Of a stretch of 64,000 nt of DNA, positions 31,201 to 39,056 are shown one piece after another; the first letter of the stretch is position 1, and each line of letters opens with the position of its first letter. The position numbers and the translations under genes were made by a program. The DNA is from Oscillospiraceae bacterium (GTDB lineage: Bacteria > Bacillota > Clostridia > Oscillospirales > Acutalibacteraceae). The stretch covers positions 458,127 through 522,126 of the forward strand of contig SVOY01000001.1 in NCBI GenBank assembly GCA_015066105.1, read 5' to 3'. The notes below the pieces were generated by a model that saw only the letters and a program-made list of their open reading frames with translations, was not told where the DNA came from and did no database searches.

Positions 31201-31721
31201 GCTCAAAATACAAGGATAACGGCAGAGTAAAAATTTACGGCATAATTTCACGCGTTGAAAAGAAAACCACCAAAAACAACTCAGTTATGTGCTTTGTTAC
31301 CCTTGAGGATATCAGTGCCTCGATTGAGTGCATTGTTTTTTCAAAGCTTTATGCCGACAGGGTGATACATCTGCAGGCGGGCAATGTAATTGTTGTCACG
31401 GGCAGGCTCAGCCTTCGCGAGGAAAAGGAGCCCACCGTTGTCTGCGACACCATTGAGCCCAATCCCTATAACACGCTCAGGCGTGATTTAAAGGAGAAAA
31501 AGCAGAGAAAGGGCGTATTCCTGCGTGTTGACAGCAGGTCCTCTTCACTTAAGCAGAGGCTTGACGGTATTTTCCGCTACAATGCGGGCACAACTGACCT
31601 TTACTACTATTATTGCGACAGCAAAAAGTATGAGCACGCAGGCACAATCAGCTGTGACGGTGCACTGCTTGAACAGCTTAAGGAGCTGCTTGGAGAGGAA
31701 AACGTTGTTATCAGAAAATGA
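28257..31721 (+). CDS. dnaE: DNA polymerase III alpha subunit (DnaE type)
   Basis: ORF from 28221; ATG 28257 preferred (SD AAAGGAGGA). PHP domain FTHLHLHTEYS, polymerase core, OB fold. Confidence 0.95.
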   Translation: MAFTHLHLHTEYSLLDGACRINKLMDRVRELGQTSVAITDHGVMYGVIDFYNAAKEKGVKPIIGCECYVAARSRHDKVHGLDSKRYHLVLLCENETGYKNLIAMVSKAWTEGFYTKPRIDRELLMKHSEGLIALSGCLAGEVSSALARGDYAGARDVALWYRDLFGKDRYYLEIQNHGLREQLEINPDLVRLSRETGIPLVATNDCHYLEQADSSLQQVLICIQTNHTLGEETGLEFSTDEFYVKSEEEMRSLFSQLPEAISNTQKIADMCSLDFEFGNTKLPHFEVPNGMDHFEYFKNQCFYGLCKHFGDNPPEKYVERLNYELDVINKMGYVDYFLIVHDFIRHAKSRNIPVGPGRGSGAGSLAAYCIGITGIDPLKYNLLFERFLNPERVSMPDFDIDFCYVRRQEVIDYVISKYGADRVAQIVTFGTMAARAAVRDVGRALGIPYATVDEVAKLIPNELKITIDKALKMTPELRQLYGDDDRVRSLIDIARKVEGMPRHASTHAAGVVITRDPVSSYVPLAVNDEAAVTQFTMVTLERLGLLKMDFLGLRTLTVIDDAVKLIKKHNPDFDLNSISTDDKKTFEMLSQGRTDAVFQYESAGMRSVLSRLKPESLEDLIAVISLYRPGPADSIDTYIHNRHHPEDTVYKSEILKDILDVTYGCMVYQEQVMEICRKVAGYSYGRADLVRRAMSKKKLDVMEKERQIFIHGIPGDEVCTGAIAHGVSKKAANEIFDEMSNFAKYAFNKSHAAAYAYVSYQTAWLKCHYPCELLAATLTSVLDSSTKVSTYISECTRLGIRVLAPSVNSSFEGFTVKNGAIRFGLLAIKNLGRGFIRTIIAEREAAGRYTSFYTFCKRVYSKEFNRRAVESLIKCGALDGLDLNRRQMLYMLPLIAAELDADKNRNIAGQIGFFDEGSQFADMNDMKAPDLEELPYKELLAFEKEITGLYISGHPMDEYREVAKRIKADTIAEIVESDGSFGSKYKDNGRVKIYGIISRVEKKTTKNNSVMCFVTLEDISASIECIVFSKLYADRVIHLQAGNVIVVTGRLSLREEKEPTVVCDTIEPNPYNTLRRDLKEKKQRKGVFLRVDSRSSSLKQRLDGIFRYNAGTTDLYYYYCDSKKYEHAGTISCDGALLEQLKELLGEENVVIRK

Positions 31722-31837
31722 TGTGTCAATAATTTAAAAATGATATATCAATAATTATAAAATTTGTTGAAATATTGGTTTCAATGTGTTATTATTACTT
31801 GAATAAAAATTAAAGTTATACTTTTGTGAGGTGCTTT

Positions 31838-34800
31838 ATGGACTTTAAGGACAAGAAAATTTATACTATTGCAACGGCTCACCTTGATACGGTATGGAAC
31901 TGGGATTTTGAGCACGTCATCAACGTCTGCCTTAAAAAGACCCTTGACGACAACTTTGCTCTTTTTGAAAAATACCCCGATTACCGCTTCAATTTCGAGG
32001 GTACCTACAGATATGAGCTTTTTGAGGAATACTATCCCGAAAGATTTGAAAGGCTTAAGGAATATGTTGCAAGCGGTCAGTGGAACGTAACGGGCAGTGC
32101 CTACGAAAACGGCGACGTTAACGTGCCCTCACCGGAAAGCCTTCTTCGTAACATTCTTTACGGCAACAAGTATTTTGAAAAAACCTTCGGCAAAAAGAGC
32201 AACGATATTTTCCTTCCCGACTGCTTCGGCTTCGGCTGGGCTTTGCCCTCAATTATGCGCCACGCAGGCCTTAAGGGCTTTTCAACACAGAAGCTTACCT
32301 GGGGCGGTGCCTACGGCAGACCCTTCGATATAGGTCTGTGGTACGGTGTTGACGGCAACGCAGTTTTTGCCTCTGTTGACGCAAGGTCATATTGCACCAC
32401 CTTCAGACACATCAGAGAAAAAAGAGATATCGCTGATAAGCTCAAGAACAATATTGCAAAATATAACTTCCCCTGGACCTTTGCTTATCACGGCGTAGGT
32501 GACGTGGGCGGCGCACCCAAGGAGGAGTCCGTAAAGACCGTTTCAAGAGAAATCGGCCTTAACGATATTTCAGAGGTAAAGGTTCTTTCCTCATCACCCA
32601 CAGAGTTCTTTGAGGATATGGCTCAGCTGAGCGACGACGATATTTCACGTCTTCCCACCTGGAACAATGAGCTTGTTATGACCGACCACGGCGTAGGCTC
32701 CTATGTTTCACGCTCCTTCAGCAAAAGATGCAACAGAAAGAATGAGGAGCTTGCAGATATGGCAGAAAGAGCCTCGGTTGCCGCTTCTGCGTTGTGTATG
32801 GCAGATTATCCCTCAGCCGAGCTTGAAAGAGGCTGGAAGAGAACCATTGCCCACACCTTCCACGATGATATTACGGGCACCTCGGTTCAGCGTGTATATC
32901 AGCGCTCCTGGAACGATTACATCCTCAGCGCAAATCAGCTCAACAATGTTTACGAGGCCTCAAGCGCCGAGCTTATCAAAAATCTTGACACCTCCTGGGT
33001 AAAGGGCTTCGCCGTTGTTCTCGGCAACAGCATTGAGCAGCCCAGATTTGCGGCGGCAGATATCGAAATCCCCAAGACAGAGGGCTATCAGTACGTTCGC
33101 GCCTTTGATAAGGCGGGCAGAGAGCTGCCCGCTCAGGTAAACTCCGTTACCTCAAAATCAATGAAGGTTTCCGTTGCCGCCTTTGTACCTGCAACGGGCT
33201 TCAAGGTTGTGGACCTGCTTTACAGCAAGGTGCCCTGTCAGCTCAACACGGGTCTTCGCGTTGGCACAAAGAGCATTGAAAACTTTAAATACATAGTAAC
33301 CGTCAACGATAACGGTGATATTTCTTCAATAGTTGACAAAACAATCGGCGAAACCGAGCTGCTTAACAAGCCCATAAGATATGAGCTTAACAAGTATAAC
33401 GGTGCCAAAGAATATCCCGCCTGGGAGCTTCGCTATAAGGAGCTCAACAGATATCCCTGGGAGTTTGCAAAGAAGGGCGTATGCACCGTTGTTGAAAACG
33501 GCCCCGTAAGAGTAAGCCTCAAGGTTGTTCAGAAGGCGGGCAAATCCACCTTTACCTATTACGTTTCACTTGCCGCAGGCTGTCCCTGGGTAAGCGTATA
33601 TAACGAGATTGAGTGGCGTGAATTCAGAAGAGCGCTTCACAACGGCTTCTGCTTCAACATTTCAAACGAATACGCAACCTTTGACCTCGGCCTCGGCGCA
33701 ATCAAGCGCGGCAACGCTAAAAAGAACCTTTACAGCGTGCCCGCACAGAAGTGGGCAGACCTTACGGATAAATCGGGAACAATCGGTGTTTCCGTCTTCA
33801 GTGACTGCAAGTATTCCTGGATTAAGAAGGACGACAGCACACTGCGCCTTACAGTGCTTCATTCACCCAAGAGATATTACAGAAATGACAGCGTTCAGGG
33901 TATGATGGACTTCGGCCTTAACCGCTACGGCTATGCCGTTTACTCACACACGGGTGATTTTGACAACGGCACTCAGCTTAACGCACGCTTCTATAATCAG
34001 CCCGTAACCGCCTTTGTCAGCGATAAGCATGAGGGTGCTCTCGGTGACGAATACAGCTTCTGCACGGTAAGCAACCCCGACGTTATCGTAAGAGCAATCA
34101 AAAAGGCAGAAGACAGCGACGAAATCATTGTCCGCGTAAACGAGGGTGCAAGCAAGGCCGCCTCTGCCGTTGAGCTTTCATTGGGCAAGGGTATTGTTTC
34201 TGCCTATGAGTGCAACGCCTGCGAGGAAAAAATCGGTGAAGCAGAGGTTGTTGACGGAAAGCTTGTATTCGATATGAGCCCCTTTGAAATCAGAAGCTTT
34301 GCCCTTAAGCTTGCCGATGCAAGCGTTGTTTCAGAGCCCTCACAGCAGGCAGTTATAGACCTTCCCTATAACAAAAAGATTACAACCTTCAACAGCAAGA
34401 GAGATGCCGCCGTAATTCCTTCAATCAACGTTTCCGTTCCCGCCGAAATCTTCCCCGAGGAAATTCAGTGCGCAGGAATCAGATTCAGAACCGGTGAGGT
34501 CGGTGAGGACAAGGCAGATGCACTTATCGCTCAGGGTCAGATACTTCCCGTATACGGCAAGAAGTTCTATTTTGTCGGTGCAAGCCTCAACGGCGACAAG
34601 GTGTTCACCTTCAGAGTCGGTGCTGACGATGTTAAGGTCAAGGTTCAGTCCGTCAACGAGAGAATCGGTATGTGGGACCTTTACGACCTTGGAGAAACCG
34701 CAAAAATCAAGACCGACAGACTTGCCTGGGAGTGCACACACTCTCACTCACTGTCTGAGGATATCGCAGCGGCTCAGCTCTACTTCTTTATGTATGAAAT

Positions 34801-35017
34801 CAATCTCGGCGAGGCCGACACGGTAACGCTTCCCGACGATTCAGACCTTCTTATTCTTGCAGCTGCTCAGAGCCGTGACGGCTCATTCGTCAGGCTTGAA
34901 ACCGAGCTTTATGACAGAGCAGAGGGTCGCACGTTTGACTACAGAATGTCTGCAAAAGAGCTGGCTTCCTACAAGTTTAACAAAACAATTTCAAAGAAAA
35001 CACCCAACAAATCATAA
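31838..35017 (+). CDS. glycoside hydrolase family 38 alpha-mannosidase (no signal peptide)
   Basis: About 1059 aa; N-terminal AHLDTVWNW metal-site motif characteristic of GH38. Confidence 0.85.
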   Translation: MDFKDKKIYTIATAHLDTVWNWDFEHVINVCLKKTLDDNFALFEKYPDYRFNFEGTYRYELFEEYYPERFERLKEYVASGQWNVTGSAYENGDVNVPSPESLLRNILYGNKYFEKTFGKKSNDIFLPDCFGFGWALPSIMRHAGLKGFSTQKLTWGGAYGRPFDIGLWYGVDGNAVFASVDARSYCTTFRHIREKRDIADKLKNNIAKYNFPWTFAYHGVGDVGGAPKEESVKTVSREIGLNDISEVKVLSSSPTEFFEDMAQLSDDDISRLPTWNNELVMTDHGVGSYVSRSFSKRCNRKNEELADMAERASVAASALCMADYPSAELERGWKRTIAHTFHDDITGTSVQRVYQRSWNDYILSANQLNNVYEASSAELIKNLDTSWVKGFAVVLGNSIEQPRFAAADIEIPKTEGYQYVRAFDKAGRELPAQVNSVTSKSMKVSVAAFVPATGFKVVDLLYSKVPCQLNTGLRVGTKSIENFKYIVTVNDNGDISSIVDKTIGETELLNKPIRYELNKYNGAKEYPAWELRYKELNRYPWEFAKKGVCTVVENGPVRVSLKVVQKAGKSTFTYYVSLAAGCPWVSVYNEIEWREFRRALHNGFCFNISNEYATFDLGLGAIKRGNAKKNLYSVPAQKWADLTDKSGTIGVSVFSDCKYSWIKKDDSTLRLTVLHSPKRYYRNDSVQGMMDFGLNRYGYAVYSHTGDFDNGTQLNARFYNQPVTAFVSDKHEGALGDEYSFCTVSNPDVIVRAIKKAEDSDEIIVRVNEGASKAASAVELSLGKGIVSAYECNACEEKIGEAEVVDGKLVFDMSPFEIRSFALKLADASVVSEPSQQAVIDLPYNKKITTFNSKRDAAVIPSINVSVPAEIFPEEIQCAGIRFRTGEVGEDKADALIAQGQILPVYGKKFYFVGASLNGDKVFTFRVGADDVKVKVQSVNERIGMWDLYDLGETAKIKTDRLAWECTHSHSLSEDIAAAQLYFFMYEINLGEADTVTLPDDSDLLILAAAQSRDGSFVRLETELYDRAEGRTFDYRMSAKELASYKFNKTISKKTPNKS

Positions 35018-35024
35018 AAAAACG

Positions 35025-35060
35025 AGCAATCCCCGTTTTCGGGGGTTGCTTCGGCTTGTT
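35025..35060 (+). terminator. stem-loop terminator after the GH38 gene
   Basis: 11-bp stem agcaatccccg / cgggggttgct with a TTTT loop; weak T tract. Confidence 0.5.
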
Positions 35061-35124
35061 AAAAAGAATTTTAAGAAAGGGCAGACCGTAAAGAGCATCC
35101 TTTGCCGCAGGTCTGTGTAACGCT

Positions 35125-35955
35125 ATGCTTAAATCAAATTGCCACACCCACACAACCTACTGTGACGGAAAAAACACCGCCCGTGAAATGGTTGAGGCCG
35201 CCGTTGCCAAGGGCTTTGTAAGCCTCGGCTTTTCGGGTCACAGCCCCATGAAGGATAAAAACAGCTGGACAATGTCACCCGATGACGTTGATAGCTACAA
35301 GGCTGAGATTGCGGCACTTAAAGAGGAATACAGGGATAAAATTGACATTCTCTGCGGCATTGAGCTTGATGCCGATTATGACGGCGTTGACCCCGAGGAT
35401 TTTGACTATGTAATCTCCTCCGTTCATCAGCTTAAAAAAGAGGGGAGAGCCTTTGACGTTGACCACACTGCCGCCATTTTGCAGAATATGGTTGACGGGC
35501 TTTACGGCGGCTCCTTTACAAAAATGAGCAGGTGCTACTTCGACCTTCTTGCTGATTTTGTTGCAGGCACAAAAACCGACGTTGTCGGCCACCTTGACCT
35601 TATAACTAAATTCAACGTTGACACTCCGCTTTTTGACGAGGGCGACCCTGAATACCGCAGGGCGGCAACCGATTGCGTTGACAGAATTCTTGCCGCAAGG
35701 CCCGACGTGCTTTTTGAGGTAAACACGGGTGCAATGTACCGTGTGGGCAAAAAGGTGCCCTATCCTGCTGAGTTCATACTCCGCCATATATATGAAAAGG
35801 GGGGCAAAATCACCCTCACCTCCGATTCTCACCGCACCGAGGCAATAGACTTCGGCTTTAAAGAGGCAACGGACTTCATTAAAAAATGCGGCTTTGAGGA
35901 GATATACTATCTCACCTCACAGGGCAGAAAAAAACACATAATTGACGGTGAATAA
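35125..35955 (+). CDS. PHP-domain histidinol-phosphatase (HisJ) family protein
   Basis: 276 aa; [11 protein letters not shown]-terminal metal motif and GHLD, SDSH motifs. No obvious SD. Confidence 0.75.
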   Translation: MLKSNCHTHTTYCDGKNTAREMVEAAVAKGFVSLGFSGHSPMKDKNSWTMSPDDVDSYKAEIAALKEEYRDKIDILCGIELDADYDGVDPEDFDYVISSVHQLKKEGRAFDVDHTAAILQNMVDGLYGGSFTKMSRCYFDLLADFVAGTKTDVVGHLDLITKFNVDTPLFDEGDPEYRRAATDCVDRILAARPDVLFEVNTGAMYRVGKKVPYPAEFILRHIYEKGGKITLTSDSHRTEAIDFGFKEATDFIKKCGFEEIYYLTSQGRKKHIIDGE

Positions 35956-35957
35956 AA

Positions 35958-36530
35958 ATGAGCTTGATTGAACTTTTTGTTATTGCGGCAGGCCTTTCAA
36001 TGGATGCCTTTGCCGTAGCTGTCTGCAAGGGACTTTCCGTGCAGAAATTAGAAAAAAAGCATATTTTCATAACGGGTCTCTGGTTTGGCGGCTTTCAGGG
36101 CCTTATGCCCTTGATAGGCTATTTTTTAGGCTCTGCCTTTGAGCGTTACATTACACCTGTTGACCATTGGGTTGCCTTTGTTCTTCTCGGCTTAATAGGC
36201 GCAAATATGATTAAGGAAAGCCTTTCAAAGGATGAGCAGTGCTGTGACGATGCCTCATTTTCGGTTAAAACAATGCTTGTTATGGCAGTTGCCACAAGCA
36301 TAGACGCCCTTGCCGTAGGCATTACCTTTGCGCTTTTGCCCGATGTAAACATAACCGCCGCGGTGCTTTTAATCGGCCTTATCACCTTTGCGTTTTCCTG
36401 CGCGGGCATAAAAATAGGCAACGCCTTCGGCTCAAAATTCAAAAGTAAGGCAGAGCTGGCAGGCGGTGTCATACTCATTCTTATGGGTACAAAAATTCTG
36501 CTTGAGCATCTGGGCGTGATTAATTTTTAA
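35958..36530 (+). CDS. mntP: manganese efflux pump MntP
   Basis: 190 aa; six TM helices; duplicated DAFAV/DALAVG motifs. Confidence 0.85.
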   Translation: MSLIELFVIAAGLSMDAFAVAVCKGLSVQKLEKKHIFITGLWFGGFQGLMPLIGYFLGSAFERYITPVDHWVAFVLLGLIGANMIKESLSKDEQCCDDASFSVKTMLVMAVATSIDALAVGITFALLPDVNITAAVLLIGLITFAFSCAGIKIGNAFGSKFKSKAELAGGVILILMGTKILLEHLGVINF

Positions 36531-36575
36531 ATGCAGAATGCAGAATGCAGAATTAAGGGTCGCTTCGCTCCGATT
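36530..36575. repeat. heptamer array (AATGCAG)x3 plus the conserved 25-mer AATTAAGGGTCGCTTCGCTCCGATT
   Basis: The 25-mer is identical (25/25, reverse complement) to 28184-28208; the array starts at the mntP stop codon. Confidence 0.9.
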
Positions 36576-36599
36576 GTATTCTCTGATTGCTTTTTTCTC

Positions 36600-36628
36600 T
36601 TGACAAAGCAGAAAATATCCTCTAAAAT
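36600..36628 (+). promoter_or_regulatory. sigma-A-type promoter (TTGACA-17-TAAAAT)
   Basis: Consensus -35, 17-bp spacer, near-consensus -10, about 105 nt upstream of ATG 36733. Confidence 0.6.
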
Positions 36629-36732
36629 ATAATTACAGGAGAAACATTTGTTCGTCACAGAAATGCTTCTTCCTGTTTTTTCTTTTTTCCGCAAGAAAAG
36701 AAAAGCGATTATATTTTGAAAAGGATGATGCA

Positions 36733-37506
36733 ATGAAAACATTTTTACTGCCTCACGATATCGGAAATATTATGAAGCTGCTTACTGACAGCGAGGCGGG
36801 ACAGATAATCAAGGCCGTTTTTGACTATGAAATCAATTCAGTAGAGCCCGAATTCACTGACAGAACATTGAAGATAGTATTTTTTGACATTAAGCGCTTT
36901 CTTGATTCTAACAGAGAAAACTATGAGAAGCTTTGTAAAATACGCTCTGAAAGTGCAAAAAAGCGTTGGGAAAAATATTCACTGAGCAAAGCTGAAGATG
37001 CGACTGCGAAAAAGGATGCAGGTGCATACAACTGCATACATAAGGATGCTTCTAAAGGTAATAGTAATTGTAATAGTAATAGTAATTGTAATTGTAATAG
37101 TAGTTCTGATAGTAATAGTAACAGTAATTGTAACTGTAATAGTAACAGCAATACTGTGCAGACAGGTCTGCAAGGAGACTGTGACACACAAACAAATAAA
37201 AAAGCCTACGGTTTATTTGAAAATGTTTATCTCACAGACGAGGAATACAGCCTTGTGATAAGTCGCCTTGATAAGGGGCAGCAGAAGCTTGACTCATTTT
37301 CGGCTTATATGAGGTCGTCGGGCAAAGGCTACAATGACCATTACGCAAGGCTTTTAAGCTGGAATTGCTATGACGGCGAGCCTTATTCTGCACCTCACAC
37401 TGCAAAGGCAAAAAAGCAACCGGGTGAACGCCGCGAGCCCACCTTTGATGTGAGTGAATTCACCAAAAAGGCACTGAACATCAAATATGTTCCGCCGGAG
37501 GAATAG
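36733..37506 (+). CDS. phage-associated-type orphan protein (DUF6291-like N-terminus) with an internal Asn/Ser/Cys repeat
   Basis: 257 aa. The N-terminus (LLTDSEAGQIIKAVFDY...) and C-terminal block (VYLTDEEY...SAYMRSSGKGYNDHYARLLSW) resemble proteins I associate with Firmicutes prophage replication modules. Family name is from memory only. Confidence 0.55.
   Translation: MKTFLLPHDIGNIMKLLTDSEAGQIIKAVFDYEINSVEPEFTDRTLKIVFFDIKRFLDSNRENYEKLCKIRSESAKKRWEKYSLSKAEDATAKKDAGAYNCIHKDASKGNSNCNSNSNCNCNSSSDSNSNSNCNCNSNSNTVQTGLQGDCDTQTNKKAYGLFENVYLTDEEYSLVISRLDKGQQKLDSFSAYMRSSGKGYNDHYARLLSWNCYDGEPYSAPHTAKAKKQPGERREPTFDVSEFTKKALNIKYVPPEE
37058..37154 (+). repeat. in-frame tri/hexanucleotide microsatellite (AGTAAT/TGTAAT) encoding GNSNCNSNSNCNCNSSSDSNSNSNCNCNSNSNT
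   Basis: Read directly from the sequence; all three frames on both strands give low-complexity ORFs here. Confidence 0.9.
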
Positions 37507-37547
37507 AATACAAAAAAATAAACGGTGGCTTAAATATTTTTTTAGCA

Positions 37548-37576
37548 TTGACAAGCAAGAGCCTTTGTGCTATAAT
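37548..37576 (+). promoter_or_regulatory. consensus sigma-A promoter for tRNA-Val (TTGACA-17-TATAAT)
   Basis: Perfect hexamers with a 17-bp spacer, about 18 nt upstream of the tRNA. Confidence 0.8.
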
Positions 37577-37593
37577 CTCAAAGGTTGATAAAT

Positions 37594-37670
37594 GAGGGTG
37601 TAGCTCAGTTGGTCAGAGTACTTGCTTGACATGCAAGGGGTCGGTGGTTCGAGCCCACTCATCCTCACCA
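37594..37670 (+). tRNA. tRNA-Val (anticodon GAC), CCA encoded
   Basis: Hand-folded. The 7-bp acceptor stem is GAGGGTG/CATCCTC with one G-U. D loop AGCTCAGTTGGTCAGAGT, anticodon loop TTGACAT, T arm GGTTCGAGCC, 3' ACCA. Confidence 0.9.
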
Positions 37671-37674
37671 AAAA

Positions 37675-37706
37675 ATACCATTCGTGAAAACGAATGGTAT
37701 TTTTTT
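37675..37706 (+). terminator. rho-independent terminator after tRNA-Val
   Basis: 10-bp perfect stem ataccattcg / cgaatggtat, 6-nt loop, T6. Confidence 0.85.
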
Positions 37707-37726
37707 ATCCGTTGCGAAAGCAATGG

Positions 37727-37841
37727 TATATCATCGCCGTCAGGCGTATATCATCACACGAAGTGTGCATATCATCAGCCGTAGGCTGTATACTGGCTTT
37801 CGCAATGATGATATACAATTCCTTTAGGAATTGATGATATT
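37727..37841. promoter_or_regulatory. phased 9-mer repeats (TATATCATC x3 direct, x2 inverted) upstream of lrgAB
   Basis: Direct copies at 37727, 37747 and 37768 (20-21-bp period). Inverted copies at 37807-37815 and 37833-37841. Confidence 0.6.
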
Positions 37842-37854
37842 CAAGGCTTATACC

Positions 37855-37883
37855 TTGATTTTTTTGCTTCCTTGATATATAAT
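37855..37883 (+). promoter_or_regulatory. candidate lrgAB promoter (TTGATT-17-TATAAT)
   Basis: Hexamers and spacing read directly; about 29 nt upstream of ATG 37912. Confidence 0.5.
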
Positions 37884-37911
37884 CGTCAAAAAGCAAACGG
37901 AGGTGCGTTCT

Positions 37912-38283
37912 ATGAAAAAAGGCTTACATATTACTCTCGAGCTTGCAATAATCTTTTTTATCTGCTTTCTCGGTGAGGCGCTTGCAAGGCTTCTGCCCTT
38001 TAATTTTTCCGCAAGCGTTCTGAGTATGCTCATTCTTCTTCTGCTTCTTGCCGTGAGGGCGGTAAGGCTTGAAAGCATAAAGGCCTCGGCACAGTTTTTC
38101 ACCTCAAATATGGCGGTTCTTTTTATACCCTACGGTGTAAAGGTGCTGCAGTATGTTGATGTTATAAGAGAGAATATACTTCTTTTTCTTATCATTGTGC
38201 TTGTCACAACGCCCGTGGTTTACGGCGTAACGGCGCTTACGGCACAGCTTGTTATAAAATTACAGCATAAGGAGGGCGAATAA
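37912..38283 (+). CDS. lrgA: CidA/LrgA-family holin-like protein
   Basis: ORF from GTG 37903; ATG 37912 preferred (SD GGAGGTG). Four TM helices, about 123 aa; paired with lrgB. Confidence 0.8.
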   Translation: MKKGLHITLELAIIFFICFLGEALARLLPFNFSASVLSMLILLLLLAVRAVRLESIKASAQFFTSNMAVLFIPYGVKVLQYVDVIRENILLFLIIVLVTTPVVYGVTALTAQLVIKLQHKEGE

Positions 38284-38284
38284 A

Positions 38285-38965
38285 ATGGACGCAATTACCT
38301 CGTCGCCCTTGTTCGGGCTGTTTTTAAGCTTTCTTTTTTTCGGTGTGGGCACGCTTCTGTTCAATAAATTCAGAACACCCCTGCTCAACCCCTTGCTTTT
38401 TGCAATCATTTGCTGTATTGCCCTTGTTGAAGGGGGAGTGATATCCCTTGAAAAGTATATGAGCGACACGGCTATAATGCAAAGTCTTCTGCCTGTTGCG
38501 ACAACTCTGCTTGCCGTGAATATCTATAAGCAGCTTAAAACCGTAAAAGAATACGCCGCGGCAATACTTATAAGCTGCCTTGCAGGCTCTGCGACAAGTA
38601 TTCTTTGCGTTGTGGGCCTTTGCAGGCTTTTTGAGGCTGACAAGGCTATTGAGGCTTCCCTTATCGGCAAAAGCTGTACAACGCCCATTGCCCTTGATGT
38701 TTCGCTTATGAACGGCGGTATGGAGGGCCTTACGGTAATCGCCGTTATCTGCACGGGCATTGCGGGGGCAATTCTTGCGCCCCCCCTTGCAAAGCTTTTT
38801 AAGGTTAAATCGCCCGTTGCCGAGGGTCTTGCAATAGGCACAAGCAGTCACGTAATCGGCACCACAAGGGCCGTTGAAATCGGCGAAATCCAGTCGGCAC
38901 TCAGCGGTGTTGCCATTGGAATTTGCGGCCTTATAACCGTAATTCTTGTTACACTTTTCTATTGA
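38285..38965 (+). CDS. lrgB: LrgB-family membrane protein
   Basis: 226 aa polytopic membrane protein immediately after lrgA. Confidence 0.8.
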   Translation: MDAITSSPLFGLFLSFLFFGVGTLLFNKFRTPLLNPLLFAIICCIALVEGGVISLEKYMSDTAIMQSLLPVATTLLAVNIYKQLKTVKEYAAAILISCLAGSATSILCVVGLCRLFEADKAIEASLIGKSCTTPIALDVSLMNGGMEGLTVIAVICTGIAGAILAPPLAKLFKVKSPVAEGLAIGTSSHVIGTTRAVEIGEIQSALSGVAIGICGLITVILVTLFY

Positions 38966-39056
38966 ACGGCTTAACAAAATCAGATAAAATTACTATTGTA
39001 TTTTTTTCACAGCTATGTTATTATTAAGAAAATAATTGAGAAAGAAGGAGAAAACC

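Noticed and set aside
35018-35124. yybP-ykoY Mn2+ riboswitch upstream of mntP
   Set aside because: mntP is 3 nt downstream of the PHP phosphatase gene. The only upstream gap is about 100 bp and lacks the conserved GGGGAGUAG and UUGACA elements.
36648-36719. 23-codon small ORF (TTG start, MFVTEMLLPVFSFFRKKRKAIIF) as a type I toxin or leader peptide
   Set aside because: The hydrophobic stretch is too short for a TM helix, the start is non-ATG with poor SD spacing, and no conservation evidence is available.
36921-37258. ORFs 36921-37187(-), 36979-37191(-) and 36998-37258(+)
   Set aside because: These are artefacts of the AGTAAT/TGTAAT microsatellite, which is open in every frame.
38324-38977. 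217-aa antisense ORF opposite lrgB, and similar long antisense ORFs at 867-1421, 20908-21480, 35275-35832, 41869-42369, 49552-50196 and 59466-60035
   Set aside because: Each lies fully inside a well-supported sense gene, lacks an SD and has a biased composition typical of shadow ORFs.
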